Source: Macrostomum lignano
Lineage: Eukaryota
Reading direction: 5' to 3'
NCBI GenBank assembly: GCA_002269645.1
Contig: NIVC01002965.1
Span: forward strand, 34,491 to 98,490
Length of the DNA: 64,000 bases
Shown here in pieces: positions 53,642 through 64,000 of this stretch (positions within the stretch are counted from its first letter, which is position 1; each line of letters starts with the position of its first letter). The notes under the pieces are model-generated. The model had not been told where the DNA came from, searched no databases, and saw nothing but the letters and a program-made list of their open reading frames with translations. The translations under genes were made by a program, and so were the position numbers.

Positions 53642-55149
53642 GTTGAAATCTTGTCTAGTCATGCACCAGCACTTCGCTTTTCAAGACAATGTCTTCGGTT
53701 TTTTTCAGTTTTAAAATTCTGTTGAAATTAAATTTGTTTTAAATTCACCGAGTTTCGTTATTCTGGCTTTTAACACTTTTTTGTTCTTCCAGGCAAATAT
53801 GCACACTTGTTGCGATGCGAGTTGATATTGTTTGTATCTACTGTGCCTATTTAGCTGAGTTGAAATATTTCTGCTTTAATTCAACATTTCCAGCGTTTTA
53901 TCTACATTTGTTATATCGTACTTTATTTAATATGCCCTTACCCAAATTAATCTCGTTCAATACTGACTGATTTAAGGCTTAGGTCGCAGTCAAAAATGCT
54001 CAAATCGCAAACTGATCAAGTCGATAGCCTATTTGTTTTTCTTAATAATCTCAAAAATACATACAAACCAGTTTTATACTCGCGTAAACTGCTCTGTGAA
54101 TCTTAAAACACTTTTAATAGTTTAATAAGCTCTGCTACAGGATATCGATACATGCAAGGTAAAACGCTATTTCAAATGATTCAAAAACTCACAAAAGCTG
54201 TTTTTTTATAAAAAGAGGGTGCTACGACTGAACAATGATGACATTCACTAAATATCCGGTGGTGTCGCCGCGGCCTCAAAGATTCTTTCAAAAACCGGTG
54301 ATGCTAAACGCCTTTTCTAAGACTGCAGTCATCCACTTCCTCCACTTGACTGCCACCCGAAATTCTTTAAGAGGGCCATACCATTCAGAATAGATTTTCT
54401 CCTAAATCGTTTGTCTACTACTGATAATTTTGTCCTTATCCACATTTTTTACGTTGACAAGAAATCAATTTTTGTACTAATATTCATCAGTCGTAAGTAG
54501 TATGAAATGCATTTTAGCAAAATATAATTTAAAAAAGATATACTCGAAAAAAAGTTTGAAAACAACAATGCTTGCAAAACGATGCGTCAGCTTTGATAGT
54601 TCATCTCGCCGAAATTTTTTAAAGCTTGAAACTTCAACCCACAATCTGGGTTTTTCGTTTGTTTTAAATGGCAAGGCAAGTCAAACCCGTATTGATATCA
54701 AAACTGACAGTAGCTCTTTAATTGATGACAAAAAAAGATTGAGCCAAAAGATTTTAGCCAAATTGTTTAAAGTTCGTTGTCTACTAGTGATATTTTTAAA
54801 CCAACTCTGACAAACAATTCTCTAATGGACAGTTCGTCAAAATTTTCTACTTGACGAAATAGCTATTGGCATTTTACGAGTATTTGGTGTTTGTCAGTTG
54901 TCAGTGTACTCCGGACATCTCACCTCAAGTCCAACTATTATATCCAGCAAAAGGAGCTCAAGTAGCTGAGAAGAAATCATTAAAAAAACAGAACCTGAGC
55001 AAACAATGTCTTTTACGTGACGTGAGGTCTGACCTGACCTTTTTTGAAAACTGTCTTGACGAAATGACCCGGCCCGTTAAAATGAGTTGTCTTGACGTCA
55101 AATACTCGTCAGGAGCTTTTGTGGAATTGAATTTGTAGTTGTAAATTTC

Positions 55150-56660
55150 ATCAGCTAAGTGGCAGAGACAGGCGACAGAGGTTTCAAATAGGCCCTGACA
55201 CTTTATTTAGACTTGATGGGTTTCGACCTTCGGGCTCCTTGTTAGGAAGCCTTCGGGCCTCAGGCCTCAGAAATAAATCAATTAGAGTCCTGGCCCCCCA
55301 CTCCTGTCAGATGGTCAGCCCCATGGTAGCTTGATCGTGTGGCGAGCAGTCTAGGTCCTATAGCTAAGAGAGGGACAGCGAGAGACAAGCAGGGAGAATT
55401 TTGAAGGTAGAAATTAGCTAAACCGCAGACTAAGCTAACTCGCTGCCACCAGCCCGTGCGTCCTGGCTCACCACACCGGGACTCTCGAAATCGGGCTTCC
55501 GACTAGAAGGGGCTTTGCACTTACCTGCCAACTAGTGTCTTTTTGCTGTCAATCTCGAAGTCATAGCCGATGATAAGGGACACTGCTGGGACTAGATCGC
55601 ATTGGCCATGCAGGTACAGAGGGGACTTGTGCAGGGGATTCTTGCAGTGGCGAGTCTATGGGGTAGCTACATGTACTATTACATTGCTAAATACGAAGAT
55701 ATGTACTTTTGGCCTTCAACGCGCCAACTAGCCTCTCATAGCGCTGATGATAGACTAACTCGAACTTCAGAGACCGCATGATTCATTACCCGAGCCGCTT
55801 GGCGAACCTAGAGTGCACAAAGTACATCTCTGGCGCCGATTCTGCACTTCTGGCAGTTTTGCTCACTGATTTGATTGATTGATCGACTGAGAACTGCCTT
55901 GCCATTGGCCCACTGTGACCGGCGCCTACTAGCTTAGCTACTCATCTGAGCCATCGGCGAACAAAGAAATAAAACCGATAAAAATAACTGTCAGATTTAG
56001 CCTTCTCCTTAAATCACTTCACACCTCAGATTGAATTGGAGTTTCAGACTACTAGCAGTATTATTAAGTGATTTCTGCCTCAGTACCAGCACCACTGAAC
56101 AAAATGAGCAAAAGTGTGCGCCTAATCCAGCTACTGAAACAGGGGACAGACAGGGAATCACCCAATCAAGCAAGTCTAGGTAGCCTCTCACCCAACAAAT
56201 CAGAAACTCAACAGCCGGAGACCAGGTAATCCACAGTGACCGAATCGGCTTGATGCTCTGTAGCTGTAGACTCGGGATGATGCTGATACAATCTTCGCTG
56301 ATAGCTAGCAGGTGGTGATCTTCGTTTGATGTTCGCTGCTGACGACCGGGGGACTCGTCCTTGATGATGATGGGGGGAAGTCGCAATCCGGGGATCAAGA
56401 AACGACGGTCGCGCTCCGGGAACCAGAAGTTGCGTGCTGGACCCGAGCAAGAGTTGGTCCGAGCGGGCCAAAAACTCCGGTTTAAATAGCCGCCAACTGG
56501 ACCGCAGTTTGTTATAACGGAACACGTCGATTCTGATTGGCTGAGCCGTTTTGTTAAAATGAGCGCCGAATTTTCTGATTGGCTAAGCTTGTTGCTACCC
56601 AGAATCACGTGACCGAGAGATCCTATCAGTTCCCACAGGGTCGTAAAAAGATGACAGGTG
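55150..56660 (-). other. Unclassified GC-elevated ~1.5-kb unit with promoter-like 5' end and AATAAA 3' end (LTR-like or retroelement relic?)
   Basis: Minus strand: CCAAT at 56578-82 and 56536-40, TCACGTGA at 56605-12, TATTTAAA at 56481-88, AATAAA at 55202-07, and a degenerate hammerhead-like motif at 55219-45. No recognisable protein, TSD or LTR partner. Confidence 0.35.
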
Positions 56661-57635
56661 CGGCCATAAATCACTCAAAATCGCAACAAAATGATTTATG
56701 ACTTTTCGCGTAGGATTGACAGAAATTAATGAAAAAATATACATTAGAAAGCTCTTATTAAATAGAAAGTGAAGATAATGAAGAGAAATCGCTAATCGCT
56801 AATCCCAAAGTACTTTCAGGGGTAAAACGCATAGCTGTCAAAGCTGTCACACGCTTGAGTGAATCCGAACAATAGGCTCTGACCTCATAAATCTTGATGG
56901 CCTGTCAAAATGATGAGAAAAAAGCTACCGCCCGCATCCTCTCAGACCATCTGGCGCCCGTCTCAACACTGAGTGAGGCGCAGGTGGCTGTGAGACCAAC
57001 TTCGGAAGCGATGATTTACGACCCAAAAAGCTACGCCTATGTTATTATGACTACTAGTATGGCCAGACATTATATCTAGTATAGATTCTATGACAATTTG
57101 CAGAAAAAGGATAAAAATGCCCCTTGTCCACTGTCAGTAGGCAAGTAAGTTTAGAGCCCATGTGCTAGCGCGGGATTTGGGAAAAAGTGCGTCCTCATCA
57201 GACTGCGATTTTCAATTTGATTGCTAGCAACACAAAGTATTAAATTAACTTGGTGGATATAAATTTTGTTAAAATTATTAAAGTGACTGCCATGAGAAGA
57301 TTAAGTTAAGCTGCAACTTTAGCTCGAAATTTGATTTCTTGATGCATTTGTTTAAACTTGCTTTTAACTTTCAAACTCATAAAGTTGCAACTCATCAATT
57401 TTAAATTTGAATTGCTGACGATTGTTTCAAATAAATCCAGGTATTCTGACGCGTCCATGCACCATTAAAGTAGAATGATTCTGCACTAGTAATTGCACTT
57501 TTGCCACCAAATCCGCGTCAGAAAGTTTTCAGGTTTTTTTGGCTATAAATTGAGAATCTCACCTTGCCAATTGCTGAATAAAGCTACTACAGTAGTAGAT
57601 ATACGTCTAATCCAATGTTGACATCGTCGATGGAG

Positions 57636-58425
57636 ACACGATGCCCACCAAGAGACGGGGCGCCCACCAAGAGACGGGGGCGCCCACCAAGAGACGGGGC
57701 GCCCACCAAGAGACAGGGGCGCCCACCAAGAGACAGGGGCGCCCACCTAGAGACACTGCGCCTACGAAAAAACAGGGGCGCCCACCAAGAGACGGGGCGC
57801 CCACCAAGAAACAGGGGCGCCCACGAAAAGACGGGGCGCGCACCAAGAGACAGGGGCGCCCACCAAGAGACAGGGGCGCCCACCTAGAGACAATGCGCCC
57901 ACCAAGAAACAGGGGCGCCCACCAAGAGACAGGGGCGCCCACCTAGAGACAATGCGCCCACCAAGAAACAGGGGCGCCCACCAAGAGACAGGGGCGCCCA
58001 CCTAGAGACAATGCGCCCACCAAGAAACAGGGGCGCCCACCAAGAGACAGGGGCGCCCACCTAGAGACAATGCGCCCACCAAGAAACAGGGGCGCCCACC
58101 AAGAGACGGAGCGCCCACCAAGAGACAGGGGCGCCCACCTAGAGACAATGCGCCCACCAAGAAACAGGGGCGCCCACCAAGAGACGGAGCGCCCACCAAG
58201 AGACAGGGGCGCCCACCAAGAGACGGGGCGCCCACCTAGAGACAATGCGCCCACCAAGAAACAGGGGCGCCCACCAAGAGACAGGGGCGCCCACCTAGAG
58301 ACAATGCGCCCACCAAGAAACAGGGGCGCCCACCAAGAGACAGGGGCGCCCACCTAGAGACAATGCGCCCACCAAGAAACAGGGGCGCCCACCAAGAGAC
58401 GGAGCGCCCACCAAGAGACACTAGT
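57636..58425. repeat. 19-20-bp GC-rich minisatellite (GGGGCGCCCACCAAGAGACA) with a 59-bp higher-order unit
   Basis: A trimer of variants (AAGAAACA, AAGAGACA, CTAGAGACAATG) repeats every 59 bp around 57900-58400. Confidence 0.95.
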
Positions 58426-60229
58426 GCCAACGAAGACACAAAAATTTTCCAGCCACTCCAAATAAAGTTCATATTTTTTAAAACATTTAAGAGACTAACT
58501 GTGATGCTCTGATGGCAACTCTAGTGCTTGATGAATAACGAAGCTCGTATCTTGCTTTGCTTGTTTATTTGGCTTTAGGACCACATTAATGTTAGCGGGG
58601 GTTGTAACAAGATTATGAAGGTAGGACACTTATATATTAGGAAGGGATGAGGGAGGCGCAGCGGCCATAGACTATTGCACGAGCGTATGTCACTAACAGA
58701 AGTTATTAGAGAATTTCTAGCTCTATGTTCAGGAAATAAACACATGCATTCTAAAGTAGTTATTTATAGATCCGGAAGATTTTTATGATATATTCAGCTC
58801 CCGAGAAAGTCATGCTTCATCGCATATAAAGCAAACAGAGACAGTTTTACTAGATGAAAATTGAACTACCGAATAAAAGAAGAATGAAATGATACAATGT
58901 CTCTGTAGTCGTCATACCTTTTTTATTATGGCTTCTGCGTAGCGAAAACAACTATACGGCTCGATGTTTTTTCCGCAATCCTCTTTTGGACTTATATGTA
59001 CTTATTTGGATCAACTTACAAAGAAAAATCTTAGGAAAAAACACTTGAGAGAAGTTGCAAAAGGTGAGAGAGGGTGGAAGTTTAGTGCAAAAGCATCCAA
59101 CTGACTTGATACTCCGATGACTAATTAATTTTGCAGCGACAACCCGTCCCAAGCGCTCTTGCACTTTTAATTAATTATTATCATTATTTACTCGAAGATT
59201 AATCTCCACAACTCATCTAGCTTTATTTATTTATCAAAATCATCTGAGTGGAAAATCAGAAGTTCGGCATGAAATAATAAGAAAAAAAGTTGCCATCACT
59301 CATCCATCAATTGAGAATATGACAGGATCTGATCCGGGTCGTAGCAGATGAGTTTATTTATTCGTCACAGTCCAAACAATCTGCGGAGAAGCGTGTCGAA
59401 GTGGAATTTGAAAACTGGGCACGCGGTAGAGTCCAAATCGCGGACCAAATAAGGTTTCTTTTTCTCCAACAGGAAAAGCTTGGGCCTCTCCCTCTCCCTG
59501 GCACTTCGACCCGCATTTGGTCAATGTGTGAGAATAGAAGTCTAGCCTCAAATAAAATTAGTACGGGAATGCGATGAGATGAAGCTGTAAGGGTCTTTCT
59601 GCGGATCTTGCACAGATAGAGTGCATAACGTATCAGCATTGCGACTCGATCGAGCTAAAGAGGTCGATTGATTGAGAGCAGTTTAATAATCCTATTAAAT
59701 AAAAGTTAGAAGAAAGTTTTGTTTACATCTGTTAAACCGCAGGATTAGCCGCGTGAGTTTTTCTAATACTTTTATGACACTTTTATGACACGCGTTGTCT
59801 TGTACGACTTCAAGGCATTAGACCATGTCTTTTGTCTCAGTTTCTGTCTACTTTGAAGCTATTTTTTCTGGATTTATTCCGCATGCATGTAGTAGCCTCC
59901 AGTCCTGCTGCTAAATAAAATGATCGCTCCATAGGGCTTAACTCAATCGCAGGCTCGTATCTACACACGTAATCCTGATTATCGCTTGAACAACTTCGTT
60001 GCATTCACAGCTATGTAGCTACGGGTACTGCAGTGCTGGGGTGCAGAGGAGGAGGTGAGAAAAGAAGTCACAACGTGAATCGCTGTTAACCCTCTTCCCC
60101 AGTTGTGCGGCCTGCAGAGACCAATCCGCAAGCGGTTTGTCGCTCCCTAAAGCCATGGATTTCAGAATAAAAAGCAAAGAATTCGCTTCTATTCTTTGTA
60201 GCTGTAAATTTGTCCGTTGAAAAAAAACG

Positions 60230-61430
60230 TCAGAAACCGATAGCAAACGACAGAAATTAATAAGAGACGACACCGAGCGACCGACATCAAACGACACCAG
60301 ACGACACCAACCGACAACAGACGACAACAAACGACAACAGGCGACAACTAACGACACTAACCGACCACAGACGACAACAAACGACAACAGGCGACAACTA
60401 ACGACACTAACCGACCACAGACGACACAAACGACAACAGACGACACCACGACAACAGACAACAGACGAAAACAGGCGACACTAAACTACAACAGAGAACA
60501 GACGACAACAGACGACAACAGACGACACCAAACGACAACAGACGACACCAAACGACAACAGACGACACCAACCGACACCAGACGACACCAACCGACACCA
60601 AACGACACCAAACGACAACAGACGACACCAACCGACAACAGACGACACCAAACGACAACAGACGACACCAAACGACAACAGACGACACCAAACGACAACA
60701 GACGACACCAAACGACAACAGACGACACCAAGCGACAACAGACGACAACAAACGACAACAGGCGACAACTAACGACACTAACCGACCACAGACGACACCA
60801 AACGACAACAGACGACACCACGACAACAGACAACAGACGAAAACAGGCGACACTAAACTACAACAGAGAACAGACGACAACAGACGACAACAGACGACAC
60901 CAAACGACAACAGACGACACCAAACGACAACAGACGACACCAACCGACACCAGACGACACCAACCGACACCAGACGACACCAAACGACAACAGACGACAC
61001 CAAACGACAACAGACGACACCAAACGACAACAGACGACACCAAACGACAACAGACGACACCAAGCGACAACAGACGACACCAACCGACAACAGACGACAC
61101 CAAACGACAGCAAACGAAATCAAACGACACCAGACGACACCAAACGACAACAGACGACACCAAACGACAACAGACGACACCAACCGACAACAGACGACAC
61201 CAAACGACAACAGACGACACCAAACGACAACAGACGACACCAAACGACAACAGACGACACCAAACGACAACAGACGACACCAAACGACAACAGACGACAC
61301 CAAACGACAACAGACGACACCAAACGACAACAGACGACACCAACCGACAACAGACGACACCAACCGACAACAGACAACACTAAACTACAACAGACAACAG
61401 ACGACAACAGACGACACCAAAAGACGCTAA
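60230..61430. repeat. 20-bp minisatellite built from 10-mers (ACGACACCAA + ACGACAACAG)
   Basis: Direct inspection; an interrupting block recurs at ~60450-60500 and ~60820-60870. Confidence 0.96.
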
Positions 61431-61471
61431 GCTTATTTTATAGCCATTAAGCTTTGCCAGCCGCCTCAATC

Positions 61472-61736
61472 ATGGACACTAACGACAGCGCCCCTTTGGA
61501 AGCGTCGAACATGTGGGAGCTCAAGCAGACACCGCCAATGCTTGCATTTCTCTCGCTGGCCTACACCGTGGTATTCACTCTGTCAATCATCGGTAACGTT
61601 GTTGTCATAGCAACCGTCTACAGGATACCCTCGATGCACACGGCGATTAATTATTTTATCTGCAATTTGAGCACAGCAGACACACTGGTTGCTATTTTCT
61701 GCCTGCCGTTGAATCTGATCTCGAGCACCTTTACCA
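61472..61736 (+). CDS. Class A GPCR, neuropeptide-receptor-like (SIFamide/NPFF-type sequence style), first coding exon
   Basis: MDTNDS...TM1 YTVVFTLSIIGNVVV, ICL1/TM2 MHTAINYFICNLSTADTLVAIFCLP; phase-1 donor GTGAGA at 61737. Later exons not found in the window. Confidence 0.88.
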
Positions 61737-61964
61737 GTGAGATTAGACTCGATCATGCTGTTCTGTTTTTCATCTGTAAAATTAACTGGTTTGCTTTTAG
61801 TTGATTGAATTTAAAAGTAACCGGGTTCTGAGCGAGCTACTTAGCGTACATAGATAGAGAAATTTTGGGGTTAGGTCATATCCAGGCTCATGGGTTCGAT
61901 TCCCACATTCGCCCCATTTATTTGGAAACTCGGGTCTGGGGCTGGTTTGAGTGATCGAATAGGT

Positions 61965-62165
61965 AAATGATTAAGTGGGTGAGTGGGTGATCAATTAAGT
62001 AAACGGGTGATCAGGTAGGTGAATGGGTCATCAAGTAGGTGAATGGGTCATCAAGTAGGTGAATGGTTAATCAAGCAAGTGAATGTGAGATTAAGCAGGT
62101 GAACGGGTGAGCAAGTAGGTGAATGGGTGATCAAGTAGGTGAAGGGATGATCTGGTAGGTGAATA
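61965..62165. repeat. Degenerate 20-bp minisatellite (CAAGTAGGTGAATGGGTCAT)
   Basis: About 9 copies with a 20-bp period. Confidence 0.85.
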
Positions 62166-64000
62166 CCTCCAAGCACTCATGGTCAGCTTCAATCCCTGCA
62201 GTCCCAGGTGCCCCTGAAATAAAGTTGAGACTGAAGCAGTCGCAATCCTAGAAAAAGACAATTTTTCATTTACGAGTATCCAGCGTGGAAAACTGATGCT
62301 TTACCGTCACTATGCAGTCCTTCAAGCTGTTGCCAGTCCAACCGTGAAATGGAGGCAGACAACTTTCGGGGAAATATTTGAGAGAAAGTCGGTAGGACTT
62401 GATGAGCCTCCCGTTCAAGCTACTCGCTCTACAAATATTTCTTGAGAGATCTTTATAAAGCAGTCGGTCGCATACCAGCTTAGGCAAAAAGGTTATTCAT
62501 TTGAGCACAAAGAGTCCGATTGATCCCTAGCTAGCTGCTTTTCTCTGACAAGCGCTATTAGACCCGTGTACCAAGCTGCTTCAAGGCTCATCAATAAGGC
62601 TATTTGAGAGGAATCTAGTCGAGAAGCAAGTCAAGCAGGAGCTTTATAGCCGCTCTTTTGTGAACGTTCCTGTCACAAAGGCGCGAGTACTTCAGTCGTG
62701 GACAAAATAAAAATCTCTCTCTCTCTTTCTATACGCGATCAAACGAGATTCCTTCTGACAAATCTGGCATGCTAAAAAATGAATGACTCGGTCGAGTTGC
62801 AGCTGTCCGCGCACCAAAGAGATTATATATTGTTGCAGGGAAATTCTCAGGTCGTATGGGTTAGGACTGAATCTGCTGAGCATTTAAAGAAGTTAACCAA
62901 TCAGCAATATCTTACTTCAATGAATGAGCTTAGTTAACTTAGTGTCAGAGTTCATTTCTTTGACATTAGCAACAATAATCTACAGTGCCAGATTGAGCGG
63001 TAGGTGTTGGGCAACACCCTGTGTGAGTTCGTTTGCTGACGCTGCTTTTGTGAACTGGCAGCGTACTCTGTTGTTTGTTGTTGTTGTTGCTATGGGGTAA
63101 CTACGGGGCAAAAAAAACAGCAATAATTTCCAATTCAGGGAAATTCGGTGTTTGCCAAGATCTGAGACTAATTGATGATCTTTGACCAACAAGACGCAGA
63201 GGCCCGACATGAGCCAACAATTTTGCTAATTAATGCACAAAATTTCAGGTGACACCTGTGACGCGAATAGCAGCTTAAGAAGCCAGCTCGATGCGGGTTA
63301 TGCAAATTGGCTATCTTAGCTGGCCAAAAATAACCTTATTAGGAATTTTTGGCTCGAATTTTAAGATTATGGAATGTTAGAAAAAAACAGGTTTTGTCAG
63401 TGTAGGTATTCTCGATGTCAGAATGCTAATTATGGGATATTTAAGTAAATAAGGAAAAATGGGGATTAAAGGTAATATAATGACGGACCAAAGATGGTTG
63501 TAAAAATCCAAATTGAGGCTTGAAATTGACTGGAAAAGTACATTAGTTCATACAGGAGGGGGCAAGAAGAGTTTCAAATTTCGACCTTCGTAAAGTTGAG
63601 GCACAAAACGTTAAAAAAGAGCGCTCTGGGACCAATATTGAAAGAAACTTGCAAATGAGTGCCTTTAAAATCATTAGTCAGAATATTCTATTAGGCCAAA
63701 TTAGCGGTCTGTCTTCAGCAATGCAAATAAGCTTGGCCCTTGGAGCAATGTTTCTTTGCAATAACTTTGCTGACGGCGAAGTCCGCGTCACTTTGCCCTT
63801 CATCACGCGGCATGTCGGCAGGAGGCCCAGGAGTAACTGGCCTGAAAAAGCAATATTAAAATCGACCTACATGCCAGCCGGCTTTCTCCTGAGGATGAGG
63901 AACACACATGCAGACAGTGCCCTGACACTTCATTCTATAAGATGGTTAACGCATCGATCTTGCTTGCCTCTATAATATGCGTTTATTGACCCACGAGACA

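Noticed and set aside
56009-56674. 221-aa minus-strand ORF
   Set aside because: No motif, starts upstream of the putative TATA box, and has a composition typical of non-coding repeat DNA.
63700-63850. Chromodomain-like peptide FAVSKVIAKKHCSKGQAYLHC on the minus strand
   Set aside because: It stops before the diagnostic W and is too short to support.

Overview
Eukaryotic (metazoan) genomic DNA with GT-AG introns and no prokaryotic features or CRISPR arrays. The gene set and dense minisatellites suggest a spiralian, possibly a free-living flatworm such as Macrostomum (inference only). Hand-spliced genes: TSPO last exon (+); a complete 6-exon OATP/SLCO transporter (+); a 2-exon DEG/ENaC channel (-); a ~15-exon membrane protein with ependymin-like repeats, PAN/apple domains and a TM helix (-; 5' exon not found); a 9-exon BMPER/Crossveinless-2 orthologue lacking the GDPH autocleavage motif (+); a 191-aa orphan ORF; a divergent 2-exon CNOT9/Rcd1 paralogue (+); and exon 1 of a neuropeptide-type GPCR (+). 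Mobile DNA: a decayed full-length LOA/R1-like LINE with a 30-bp flanking direct repeat, an intact DD34D mariner, a Tc1 relic, an 8.6-kb head-to-tail trimer of non-autonomous Helitrons, a foldback element with a 9-bp TSD, two CORE-type tRNA SINEs, a 4-copy unclassified repeat and two hammerhead-like motifs. Many unrelated minisatellites share 20-23-bp periods. Most short ORFs in the supplied track are repeat or antisense artefacts. All alignments and coordinates were done by eye.
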